Source: Candidatus Helarchaeota archaeon (lineage in GTDB: Archaea > Asgardarchaeota > Lokiarchaeia > Helarchaeales > RDOG01). Taken from it: a stretch of DNA of 36,335 bases. Positions 9,886 to 18,834 of this stretch are shown here, piece after piece. Where the stretch lies: positions 1 through 36,335 of the forward strand of contig JALGVI010000024.1 in assembly GCA_029838215.1 (NCBI GenBank), in the 5' to 3' direction. Made by a program: the position numbers and the translations under genes. The notes under the pieces were generated by a model. It worked only from the letters and a program-made list of their open reading frames with translations, ran no database searches and was not told the DNA's origin. The stretch's first letter is position 1. Each line of letters opens with the position of its first letter.

Positions 9886-10326
9886 TTAATATTTTAGAAC
9901 CTGTATCAAGTCAAATACTTCAACTTCTTTTAAAATGTCGAAATTTTCAATGATTTCTCCCAAAACGTATACATCGTCCGCCGCCACGGGATGAGCATCT
10001 GTTGAGATCGGAGTCGGACCGAAAAAAATGCAAAGAATTGGATTATTTGGTTCAAATTTGTCGTAGAAGAACCGACCCGGATAAAAAGCGATTTGACCGA
10101 CTTCTAATCTTGTTTGTGCCACGTTCAATGGTGCATCTTGAAAGATATCATCAAGATAGCAGAAAATTTCTTGTCCCCAAATATGTGCAGGGACTTCTCG
10201 AGTTGGTAATGAATCATGGAACATTTTTGCAAGAATGGCATTTCCCTCGTGATTGAGAATTACAATAACATCGCCCGCAGGAAAACATATTCGGATTTTT
10301 ATTTCTTTATCCACCTTAATCTCCAT
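9886..10326 (-). CDS. Cyclophilin-like fold protein (DUF369/TM1367-type)
   Basis: WGQEIF, EVGQIAFYP, LCIFFGPTPIS and VYVLGEI match this family. The likely start is ATG 10326-10324, overlapping the MFS stop (TGATG). The track's extension to 10461 lies inside the MFS gene. Confidence 0.8.
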   Translation of the reverse strand: MEIKVDKEIKIRICFPAGDVIVILNHEGNAILAKMFHDSLPTREVPAHIWGQEIFCYLDDIFQDAPLNVAQTRLEVGQIAFYPGRFFYDKFEPNNPILCIFFGPTPISTDAHPVAADDVYVLGEIIENFDILKEVEVFDLIQVLKY

Positions 10327-11579
10327 CACGCCTTGCCTTTTTCTATCTCGGTTGCATAGATTTCTTCCAACACGCGATGTTTTGTTTCTGGAATGAAAAT
10401 CAAGGCAATGCACATGACGATGATTGCGACGGTTCCAATCATGAAAAACGACATTCCCCAAGAAAATAAGGTACTGAGTGGCGTGATGAGAAAGTTACCG
10501 AAGATCGGGATAAAAGATGCAAACCAATAAATCCAACCCGCTCCTACAGCACGCTCGCCCGTATGGAAGAACTCCACGGTGAGAATGTCTCCAATTACCA
10601 TCAAGACCGCAAAAAAAGCGTTAACAAGGATGAAACCCAAGAAGATCGTGATAAAGTTGGGCGTGAAAAGAAAGAGAATGGAACCCACGAAATAAATTGC
10701 TGAAGCCATGTATAGGGTCTTCTTTCGTCCTAACTTGTCTCCCAAGATGCCTGAAGTATAATAGCCCACCATCGAACCAAAATACGAAAGCATTCCGATA
10801 ATTCCGATCAATTCGCTATTAAAAATGAAGCCTCTTTCTGTTAGCAAAAACGGCTTGAAATAAGTCTTGATTGTTAAATAGAGCAAATTCAAGCAAGTGA
10901 TGATGACGGTACAGAAAATAATGTTTTTTGCGTACTTCTTCTTGAAAACCGAGAATAAATGAACTTTTTTCTTGTTTGGATCACGTTTTATCTCTAAAAA
11001 GCGGCGTGTTTCCTTGATTTGCGTTCCCAAACCAACGATGATCACGATTCCTGGAACCATGACCCAAATAAAACTGGCTCGCCACAATTCTGGATTCAGG
11101 TTGAAGAAAATGGATAATCCTGCAGCGAGAATGGCTGCACACATTCCCACGCCCATTGTTATTCCCGAGACCGTGCTGCGGTAGCGTGCTGGAACTTCTT
11201 CGGAAATGATCAGGCTTGAAGAATTGATCATGAAAGTCCACGATATCATGCGGATCACGATGAACGTGAGAAGATTGGGTGAATAATAGGATATGATGTT
11301 GAAAACATGACTGATCGTGGGAAAAAGCAATATGGACTTCTTTCTACCGATAACATCTATGACCCGTTTTAGAAGAATATTCGAAAGCGATCCAAGCGAA
11401 ACGACTGCCAATATTGCGGGAATGTCGTTCACCGTGACACCGAGCATCAATGCCCAGTAATCAAATACGAAAATCTTGTGACTTAATCCATAAAAATGAA
11501 AAAACGTGAATATTGCCAGGTATGCAGTTAAGAACGTGAAATATGGCTTCCATTGTTCGCTCTCTAATTGATTTGCCAC
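10326..11579 (-). CDS. Major facilitator superfamily transporter
   Basis: 417 aa with about 12 hydrophobic segments, duplicated motif A (IDVIGRKK, GDKLGRKK), EEVPARYR and IPETK. GTG start follows an SD-like GAGTGAT. Confidence 0.9.
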   Translation of the reverse strand: MANQLESEQWKPYFTFLTAYLAIFTFFHFYGLSHKIFVFDYWALMLGVTVNDIPAILAVVSLGSLSNILLKRVIDVIGRKKSILLFPTISHVFNIISYYSPNLLTFIVIRMISWTFMINSSSLIISEEVPARYRSTVSGITMGVGMCAAILAAGLSIFFNLNPELWRASFIWVMVPGIVIIVGLGTQIKETRRFLEIKRDPNKKKVHLFSVFKKKYAKNIIFCTVIITCLNLLYLTIKTYFKPFLLTERGFIFNSELIGIIGMLSYFGSMVGYYTSGILGDKLGRKKTLYMASAIYFVGSILFLFTPNFITIFLGFILVNAFFAVLMVIGDILTVEFFHTGERAVGAGWIYWFASFIPIFGNFLITPLSTLFSWGMSFFMIGTVAIIVMCIALIFIPETKHRVLEEIYATEIEKGKA

Positions 11580-11674
11580 GGAATCACTCGATCCTTACGG
11601 ATTTGTCAATTATTGAATAAATAGATTTTATTGAAAATTGAAGAACGTGATTAAAAAAAAATAGAATATTTTAT

Positions 11675-11854
11675 TTATTTTTTTTCCCACAAGCACTTGA
11701 TCATGCCGATGTTTATGAAAGTCAACTTGTCATTCTTGCTTAGAGTCAAAACTCCGTCTGCACAAGCGATCACTTTTCCTGAAAAAACGTCTTTTTCGCC
11801 TAAATAGACTTCAATCTCTTTTTGATACATGTGCTCTGAAATAAACTTATCCAT
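11675..11854 (-). CDS. Small beta-rich protein resembling the MM0924 family (Sm/LSm-like fold)
   Basis: EIEVYLG..DVFSGKVIACADGVLTL...TFINI..IKCLW pattern. An SD-like GGTGAT precedes ATG 11854 (track start 11869). Confidence 0.65.
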   Translation of the reverse strand: MDKFISEHMYQKEIEVYLGEKDVFSGKVIACADGVLTLSKNDKLTFINIGMIKCLWEKK

Positions 11855-12010
11855 GGAATCACCATTCATTATTTGGAGCGAAAAGAGTATTTAAGTACTA
11901 AAATTGGATGGATTATCCTACTCAATACGGCTTTCTTTTTCTATCAAACGAAAGCATTAAAAATCTTAGATGTCATCGAAGAATCTTTTGTATTGGTCGA
12001 AACGATGAGA

Positions 12011-12223
12011 TTACTTGATTTTTTCTTCAAGTGCCTTTAAAATTTCGACTGATTTTTTGATTGCCGTAACTGCATTGAAAATATCTTTTTTTAAATCATC
12101 GGATTTCAATTCATCAGCCAGTTTTGCAATTTTTGCTGCGTGGTCTGCCATGTGGTCGCTGTAATGTGCGAGATATTTTGATAATTTATTTTTGATCTTT
12201 TCGTCCATGCTCTTTGAAGGCAT
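12011..12223 (-). CDS. Small helical protein with H-x3-H-x3-H motif
   Basis: 70 aa, two amphipathic helices, LAHYSDHMADHA. An SD-like GGTGAG precedes the ATG. Confidence 0.65.
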   Translation of the reverse strand: MPSKSMDEKIKNKLSKYLAHYSDHMADHAAKIAKLADELKSDDLKKDIFNAVTAIKKSVEILKALEEKIK

Positions 12224-12261
12224 TTACACTCACCAAAAAATAAAATGATTAAAATAAATTC

Positions 12262-13317
12262 TTAACCGAGTTTATCGCTCAACATCGAATCAAGGAGGTC
12301 TGATGCACTGGAGGCTTCCTTGCTCTTTTTCTTATCTTTTTTCTTATCTTTTTTCTTATCTTTTTCTTTCTTTTTGTCTTTTTTCTTGTCTTTTTTCTTC
12401 TCTTTTTTCTTGTCTTTATCTTTCTTTTTACTTTCTTTCGGTACCGAACCAAATCCTGGAGGTGCTCTTTTTTGTGGAGGTGGGGCTTTTCCATCGATTT
12501 TTATCGATTTTGCACCTTGTGGTGCCGTCTTTGCAAATTTCTGGTCCAGCAATTTGTTCATTTTTCCGACAATACTTTTCCCTAAGGGTTTTGCCTCTCG
12601 GGGTTTTTGTATTTTAGGTATGTATCCGCCGCCACCCATTGGTTTCGCAGACGGACCTCCTCCTCTGGCACCCATCTTACTTTTAATTTCACTCATCATG
12701 GCAGCTCGAATGCTCATTGGACCTCCTGCACCTGCATGAGCACCGCCACCACCACCGCCAGCCCCAAAGGCAGAAGGCTTCAAAAGACCTTCTTCAACAA
12801 CCTGACCGCGTGCCGTAGTTGTCGTAGTTTCAACGCCCGCACCAAGTGCCGTTATTCCTGCACTCTTGAGTTGAGTCAATTGCGATTGAAATGATGAACA
12901 TCTCTCTTCAACATCATTGATCTTCGTTCGGATGGCAGAAATTTCAGATAGGATCCTGTGTTCGGCTTCCGAGTCAAGTCCCGTGCTTGAAGCAACATTG
13001 ACAGCTCTTTGTGCCATTTCGAGTTGTGCGGCAACCAATTTTTCAAAGCGTCGTTCCATGTCACCAACTCTTCGGCTGAGGGTTTCGGTAGTGCTCAAGA
13101 TGTTCGTGAGTGTCTGGTGATAATAATTCAAATATTCGTTAATGGATTGATCGTTTGTTTCCAATTTTTCAGTATACTGGAGAATGGTTTCAATTGCTTT
13201 AGCCAAGATCGTGAACTTATCAGAATCTCTTTCCTGTTCTAGAACTACTTCTGTTAAGCTGATTTCTTCTTCTACTTCTTCTCCTTCAGGTCCTGGTTCC
13301 ATGTCCAATTTTGACAC
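12262..13317 (-). CDS. Hypothetical protein: coiled coil, Gly/Pro-rich region and Lys-rich repeat tail
   Basis: 351 aa ORF with an acidic N-terminus, a heptad-rich region (about aa 35-152), poly-Gly and KKKD repeats. The start may be ATG 13302. Confidence 0.8.
   Translation of the reverse strand: MSKLDMEPGPEGEEVEEEISLTEVVLEQERDSDKFTILAKAIETILQYTEKLETNDQSINEYLNYYHQTLTNILSTTETLSRRVGDMERRFEKLVAAQLEMAQRAVNVASSTGLDSEAEHRILSEISAIRTKINDVEERCSSFQSQLTQLKSAGITALGAGVETTTTTARGQVVEEGLLKPSAFGAGGGGGGAHAGAGGPMSIRAAMMSEIKSKMGARGGGPSAKPMGGGGYIPKIQKPREAKPLGKSIVGKMNKLLDQKFAKTAPQGAKSIKIDGKAPPPQKRAPPGFGSVPKESKKKDKDKKKEKKKDKKKDKKKEKDKKKDKKKDKKKSKEASSASDLLDSMLSDKLG
12326..12437. repeat. Coding tandem repeat (12-nt unit TTTTTCTTATCT; encodes KKKD/KKKE on the minus strand)
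   Basis: Three exact 12-nt copies at 12326-12361, followed by degenerate copies to about 12437. Confidence 0.85.
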
Positions 13318-13810
13318 CTGTTCTGCTTAAAGAATGGAATGATTTTAGAAAATCGTTTCTCGCTCATTTTTCAGCTGAAAAACATTTTGTATAAATTTAG
13401 TTTCTTTCTGATTTATATTTTTTATAGGAGAAATCTCTTCATGAAAATAAGGAAAAAAATCAAGAACTGAAAAAAAAGTGCTTTTTTTAGAATTCGTTCA
13501 AAAAAACAAGCAAAAAGTCCCATTTTCGAGCGATTCTTTTTATCAATTTTTATTAATGATGATTCCTTTCTCTGATTCAGGAAAGAGAATTATTCTAGAA
13601 AGAAAATATTAAAAATAACAAAGTTATGGAAAATGAATGAAAAAATTAAAAATACTCTCTTACCTTTATTGCATGAATCACGTAGATTCGTGGAACGGAA
13701 TGCAATTTAGCTTGAATTCTCAAAAAGTCTTAGCAGGTCTATTTTCAAGTCCTTTCACGAAAATCTTAATGATGCTTGCTCAAACTTACTTGACAGAATG
13801 AGGTATAAGC

Positions 13811-14656
13811 ATGTCTAATTCAAATCAATCACCAGTTCCCGATCATCAGGAACAAGACAAGAAGATCAAGGAGAAAATGGCAAAAGTTCGATACAAGATC
13901 GTCATAATGAGCGGAAAAGGTGGTGTTGGAAAAACCACTGTCGCCATTAACTTGGCTATTGCCCTTGCATTACGGGCAGGAAACCGTGTTGGAATAATGG
14001 ATGCCGATATCACGGGACCAAACGTCCCTAAAATGTTAGGCGTGACGACTGCCGCAATGCCGCCTCCCGACCCACAAACGGGCATCATACCCGCCATTGG
14101 ACCCATGAACATGAAGATAATGTCAATGGCATTTTTACTCGGAAACCAGGACACGCCCATCGTGTGGCGTGGACCATTGAAGATGGGTGCATTGCGCCAA
14201 TTCATAACTGATGTGAATTGGGGAGATCTTGATTACTTGATCGTGGACCTTCCTCCTGGAACATCTGATGAACCGCTTTCGATCCTCCAAATGATTCCCG
14301 ATGCAAGAGTGATAATCGTGACCACGCCCCAAGATGTTGCCCTGTTGGATGTCCGGAAGAGCATCACGATGGTTGGAAAAATGGGTGTCCCCGTTCTCGG
14401 CGTGATTGAAAACATGTCCGGAAGCATAAAATGCCCAAAATGCGGCGAAATAATTGAATTGTTTGGAGAGGGTGGTGGCAAAAAAGCCGCAGAAGATCTC
14501 GGTGTTGCTTTTCTGGGTTCCGTACCCGTTGATGCCGATATTCGCAAGGATTCCGATGCCGGACGACCTTTTGTAGTGCGCCACTCCGAAAAGGATGCCG
14601 CTAAAGCATTCGATGCGATCGTGACTAAAATCCGCGAGATTTTGGAAAAACCCTAA
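13811..14656 (+). CDS. Mrp/NBP35 (ApbC) Fe-S cluster carrier ATPase
   Basis: MSGKGGVGKT, DADITGPNVPKM, WRGP, WGDLDYLIVDLPPGTSDE, VTTPQDVA, ENMS, CPKC and FGEGGG. Confidence 0.95.
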   Translation: MSNSNQSPVPDHQEQDKKIKEKMAKVRYKIVIMSGKGGVGKTTVAINLAIALALRAGNRVGIMDADITGPNVPKMLGVTTAAMPPPDPQTGIIPAIGPMNMKIMSMAFLLGNQDTPIVWRGPLKMGALRQFITDVNWGDLDYLIVDLPPGTSDEPLSILQMIPDARVIIVTTPQDVALLDVRKSITMVGKMGVPVLGVIENMSGSIKCPKCGEIIELFGEGGGKKAAEDLGVAFLGSVPVDADIRKDSDAGRPFVVRHSEKDAAKAFDAIVTKIREILEKP

Positions 14657-14663
14657 ATTTCTC

Positions 14664-14671
14664 TTTTTTTT
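14664..14671 (+). terminator. Oligo-T terminator after Mrp/NBP35
   Basis: T8 run in the 17-nt gap between convergent genes. Confidence 0.45.
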
Positions 14672-14673
14672 CC

Positions 14674-15375
14674 TTAAAGAATGAAAAAGGAAGATAAGTC
14701 AATACCAAATAGAATTTTAATGCTGGCAAGATAAATGAATTTGAATCCAAAATAGCAGAAAATGCCGGCACTCACGACGAGAATTGCCTTATAAACGCGA
14801 TCCGTGATGATTTTTTTTCCCGATTGGATGATTACCGAAATGGCCGAATACCAAAGATAATCCGCAAGGACGTGCCCCACGAGATACGTTATTGCACCGA
14901 GTGCCCCAAATGCCACCACGTTCAATGTTCCCATGTTTGTTATTCCCGTAGTCGCCCACCATAAAATCCAATAAGGACCCACGATGCTTAGAACTGCACC
15001 TTGGATGATTGGATGTCTTCCACGTGAAGGTGATTCTGCTTGTCTTGCAATCTCCTCCTCTAAAGATGTCGTGCGAACGTCTCTCAAGGTCAATCCCGCC
15101 AAAAAAAATAACGTGCTTCCTCCTAAAATTGATATGATGGAAAAAATCACTGGAATGGACAAAATAACTGCCAATCCTAAGAATGAGAATATGACGATGG
15201 GAATTTCACAGAACATGTGACCAACTATAAAGAGTGCTCCTGTTGAATATCCACGCGTGGGTGTTTCCTTGATAACCCCAATCAAGACAGGACCCGGCAT
15301 CACGGCCCCGGAAAAAGCAATGATAAATGCAACGAAAAAAATATTCTCAAGTGCTAGAATGATCCAGAGCATCAA
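14674..15375 (-). CDS. LysE-family translocator
   Basis: AFSGAVMPGP, G..F..GH..CE, PYWILWWATTG and GHVLADYLWY, with about 6 TM segments. Confidence 0.88.
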   Translation of the reverse strand: MMLWIILALENIFFVAFIIAFSGAVMPGPVLIGVIKETPTRGYSTGALFIVGHMFCEIPIVIFSFLGLAVILSIPVIFSIISILGGSTLFFLAGLTLRDVRTTSLEEEIARQAESPSRGRHPIIQGAVLSIVGPYWILWWATTGITNMGTLNVVAFGALGAITYLVGHVLADYLWYSAISVIIQSGKKIITDRVYKAILVVSAGIFCYFGFKFIYLASIKILFGIDLSSFFIL

Positions 15376-15491
15376 GATCCACGCGTGTTTTATTTGATTT
15401 AAAATTTAGTTTGAATGACAAATCCACGGCACGAATAATAAATCTCTTCCATTCGAAACTTTTTTTTATATAATAAGATTTAGTAAAAAAT

Positions 15492-16217
15492 ATGATTTTT
15501 TCTCCGGTAAATTTATTATATTTCGTCATCGTGGCTCCTGTCGTGCTCATCGTGACATATTTCATGTCTCGGCTCGATGAAGACCAAAAACATTTAACAA
15601 TAATCTGCATTCTCGGTGCATTGCTTTTTTTCGTGAGAATAATGCTCGTGGTCTTTTCTCCGACAATCGGCGTGATGCCGTATATTTTCCCTGATGTCAT
15701 TTTCTATACGATCTTGATGTTTTTTGGTGTGGCTTTCAGCACGTTTTATCTACTTAAAGTAGAAAAAAAGACATTTGCAGAGATTGGATTTAAGAAAGAT
15801 GGTATGGCAAAAAATATCTTGGTTGGGCTCTTGGCACTCTTACCTTTAATTGCCATGTTTCCATTATTATTGATATTGGCCGGCATCCAAATTTCATTAT
15901 TGATAACTTGGGAAAAAATCGTTCTCGGAATCGTGTTCGGACTTATTCTCGGCGGTTATTACGAAGAAGTGATGTTTCGAGGAATCATTCAGAATCATTT
16001 CATGGCGATAACAGATGAAAAAAACACGGTTTTATTCACGGCTCTGGTATTCGTAGCGACACACATCGGATACTTACCATTTTCTGGCTTCGGAATCATG
16101 TATCTATTTTTATTCGTGATGGCTTTAGAACTGAGTTATCTTCGACTTAAATTTAATCAAATAAGCTGTGCGATTCTACACGGAGGCATTGTATTCATAC
16201 TTGTCCTTTTCATCTAA
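15492..16217 (+). CDS. CPBP (CAAX/Abi) intramembrane glutamic endopeptidase
   Basis: EEVMFRG, FVATH and ILHG motifs in a polytopic membrane protein. TTTATATA at 15465-15472 suggests a leaderless transcript. Confidence 0.88.
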   Translation: MIFSPVNLLYFVIVAPVVLIVTYFMSRLDEDQKHLTIICILGALLFFVRIMLVVFSPTIGVMPYIFPDVIFYTILMFFGVAFSTFYLLKVEKKTFAEIGFKKDGMAKNILVGLLALLPLIAMFPLLLILAGIQISLLITWEKIVLGIVFGLILGGYYEEVMFRGIIQNHFMAITDEKNTVLFTALVFVATHIGYLPFSGFGIMYLFLFVMALELSYLRLKFNQISCAILHGGIVFILVLFI

Positions 16218-16310
16218 TTTTTATAGAAGAATCTTAAAGAAGATCGAGCTTAATAATTTTACAAGTCATTCTAATTTCGTGATGATTTGAATCAAGTGAG
16301 GAATTTTTGA

Positions 16311-17453
16311 ATGCCTGTTTCCATCCTGAAATCAACGTATAAGACAATTCAAGAAGATCTTCCCAAACTTTTAGAAAAAATTAATTATGAACCTCAAAAG
16401 AAAAAGGTTTTTATCAAGCCCAATTTAGTGGATGCCTTGCCACCTTCTTCTGCAGTGATCGTGCATCCCAAGTTAATGGAAGCCTTATGTGATTTTCTCT
16501 TGTCACGCGGCGTTGAAGAAATCATTATCGGAGAAGGCACGGGCTATTTTACTAAACAAGAACATTTTCGCAAGCTTATTAAAGCAACCAAATACACGAA
16601 AATCGAAAAGAAATTTAACTTGGAAATCGAAAACCTCGAATTCGCAGATCGCAAGACCGTTAATTGGAAATATGGTGAATTATCACTTCCAAATTACGTG
16701 CTTGATGGTGAACATGAATATATCAACGTTCCTAAAATGAAAACGCATTGTCAATGTTCCGTCACGTTAGCAATGAAAAATCAAAAGGGTCTACTTCTTT
16801 TAAAGGATAAACGTAACTTTCATAAAAATGCCCTACATGACATGATTTTCGAGCTATCAAAAACCGTCAAGCCGGACTTAATTCTCATGGATGCAATCTC
16901 GTGTTTGGAAGGAACGGGTCCAACCGAAAATACCCAAACAAACGTCAAGCAATTGAATCTCGTTCTTGCAGGGCGCGATCTGATCGAAGTGGATAACGTA
17001 GCAGCCCGAATCATGGGTTACGATCCGGAAGAGGTCAAGCACATACCCAAGTTGGATAACATTACGGTAATTGGTGAACAACTTGCCGATGTCGCCAGCC
17101 CATTCAAGCGTCCTGAACCCTACATTGTCATGGGACCCATTATTTATCACCAAAATGAAAAGATGTGCACTCAATGCGGCATTGCAATGTCAAAAACCTT
17201 TCGAAAGATACTGTTCAAAGAAGAATTGAGGACTCGATTTGAACAATTAACTGAAAAATATCCACGCATTGATTTCCTTTTAGGGGCAGGATTGGAGGAG
17301 TTCCCTGAAGGATGCGTGGTCCCCGTGCTCGTGGGCAATTGCACGATGGAATTCGCCAAATCAAAAGGCATTGATTTTTGCAAGGGTTGTCCACCTAACC
17401 ATAATGACATTATTGAATTTTTCTTTAAGCTATTGGAAGAAGAGGTAAAATAA
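16311..17453 (+). CDS. DUF362 domain protein with C-terminal Cys cluster
   Basis: IKPNL, GEG, INVPKMKTH, VTLAMKN, DAISCLEGTGP and D.VAARIMG. C-terminal CTQC, GNC and CKGCPP. Confidence 0.88.
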   Translation: MPVSILKSTYKTIQEDLPKLLEKINYEPQKKKVFIKPNLVDALPPSSAVIVHPKLMEALCDFLLSRGVEEIIIGEGTGYFTKQEHFRKLIKATKYTKIEKKFNLEIENLEFADRKTVNWKYGELSLPNYVLDGEHEYINVPKMKTHCQCSVTLAMKNQKGLLLLKDKRNFHKNALHDMIFELSKTVKPDLILMDAISCLEGTGPTENTQTNVKQLNLVLAGRDLIEVDNVAARIMGYDPEEVKHIPKLDNITVIGEQLADVASPFKRPEPYIVMGPIIYHQNEKMCTQCGIAMSKTFRKILFKEELRTRFEQLTEKYPRIDFLLGAGLEEFPEGCVVPVLVGNCTMEFAKSKGIDFCKGCPPNHNDIIEFFFKLLEEEVK

Positions 17454-17454
17454 A

Positions 17455-17979
17455 ATGAACAAATCTGAAATTCTTTCTCATCTCAAACAAAAGAAAACTC
17501 CCATCCACGTGCTATTTGTCTGCTCAGGAAATATTCTGAGGTCTGCATTTGCCGAGCTATATTTTGAAAAAATCCTGGCAGATAAGCATGGCAAGACAAA
17601 CCTCGTGATTGAATCTGGAGCACTCACCTACATGAACGATCGCATCGCATATGAAACCAAAAAATTCCTATTAAAAGAAGGCGTTAGCAAGGAACGAATA
17701 AAACAATTCCGATCCCGCCACGTTGATAACCATCCCGACCTCTTCAACCGGGCTGATATCATCTTTGGAATGACCAATGGACATTTAAGCGATCTCAAGA
17801 GCCTCGGATATGGTGACAAATCATTTCACATCAATGAATTTGCTTTTGACAAGAATTTTGATATCGCCGATCCCTTCTTCAGTGGTGGATATGGCGAAAG
17901 TTTCACTCAGGTCAAGGCTGCATGTGATGAAATTCTCAAGATCTTTGAAAAAGAAGGGATCATGAGAGAAAAATCATGA
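17455..17979 (+). CDS. Low-molecular-weight phosphotyrosine phosphatase-family protein
   Basis: P-loop FVCSGNILRS (C-x5-R), ESGA and general-acid DIADPF. Starts 1 nt after the DUF362 stop. Confidence 0.88.
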   Translation: MNKSEILSHLKQKKTPIHVLFVCSGNILRSAFAELYFEKILADKHGKTNLVIESGALTYMNDRIAYETKKFLLKEGVSKERIKQFRSRHVDNHPDLFNRADIIFGMTNGHLSDLKSLGYGDKSFHINEFAFDKNFDIADPFFSGGYGESFTQVKAACDEILKIFEKEGIMREKS

Positions 17980-18834
17980 CTCATCGATAATGAGAGCATC
18001 TTGCAAGATTTCTTTCCTTACAGCAAACGATTTCGGACGAGTCTTGCTTGCAGGAACTATCCATTGTCGACGAATCAGGACCTTTATTTTTCTATTTGCG
18101 GAACCATAATCATAATCGGCAGAAAATTTTGGATTCTTTTTCGGAAAAAAATCTGCGGCAAAGTCTGCATACGTGAAAAAATCACGCTTCAAGAGCCAAT
18201 TAAAAATTTCCTTGTCTTTTCCCGTTAATTTACGTGTATGTTCTTCCAAGAATTCGTTCAATACATAACGTGCATTCTTTCCCGTTGGACCCGTAGGTAC
18301 GAGAGTCCCCTCTGCCTCCATTTCTTCTTTTGCCTTCTCCACGAGCTCCCTTTCTATGATTACATTCCATTGTTCCATCATTCTCTTTACAAAGTCTGAA
18401 ACCCTGAACGTTCGATGGCTGCTCCCTATTGGCAAATCGTCATTTACCATCTTCCCCCTAATATAAAGTTGTATGAGCTCTTTCACCCGCTCGGTCTCTC
18501 CCACTTTTGTTTGAACAGAGGGAATCGTTTCGATCTTTTTTAAAAGTTGTTCTAAGAGCTCGACTTGTCTTTTTTGAGCATCAATTAATTCATTAATGGC
18601 TGATAACGATTCTCGTTCTTTGGTTGTCGTGATTTTCATGGATTTTTCTTTTCGTTTTTTGCTTTCTTCTGTCTTTGTAATGGTAAGACAAGTGGGACAA
18701 TAGAATTTCCGGCGATGACGAATTAATTCTTCGCTTGGAAATTTTTTTAGGCATCTAGAACATTGCACTATTGTTGTTTTTTCCAAGTCTTCTTTTTTAC
18801 GTTTTTTCTCGAGCCTCTTTAAGATTTCGCTCAT
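17974..18834 (-). CDS. Hypothetical protein: C4 zinc finger, coiled coil and two predicted winged-helix domains
   Basis: C-x2-C-x17-C-x2-C (CSRC...FYCPTC), heptads at about aa 75-101, and two helix-helix-helix/beta-hairpin patterns. ATGA overlap with the upstream gene. Confidence 0.75.
   Translation of the reverse strand: MSEILKRLEKKRKKEDLEKTTIVQCSRCLKKFPSEELIRHRRKFYCPTCLTITKTEESKKRKEKSMKITTTKERESLSAINELIDAQKRQVELLEQLLKKIETIPSVQTKVGETERVKELIQLYIRGKMVNDDLPIGSSHRTFRVSDFVKRMMEQWNVIIERELVEKAKEEMEAEGTLVPTGPTGKNARYVLNEFLEEHTRKLTGKDKEIFNWLLKRDFFTYADFAADFFPKKNPKFSADYDYGSANRKIKVLIRRQWIVPASKTRPKSFAVRKEILQDALIIDES

Noticed and set aside
10327-10461. N-terminal 45-aa extension of the 9886-10461 ORF
   Set aside because: It lies out of frame inside the MFS gene. 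The ATG at 10326 overlapping the MFS stop is the more natural start.
12279-12739. Alternative-frame and antisense ORFs (Lys/Arg-rich 71 aa; Phe/Leu/Ser-rich 104 and 139 aa)
   Set aside because: They are by-products of the stop-free KKKD repeat in the 12262-13317 gene.
13318-13810. Long intergenic region as a possible ncRNA, tRNA or small ORF
   Set aside because: Very AT-rich, with no cloverleaf, stable GC stems or repeats seen, and only short ORFs lacking start signals. Best explained as divergent promoters.
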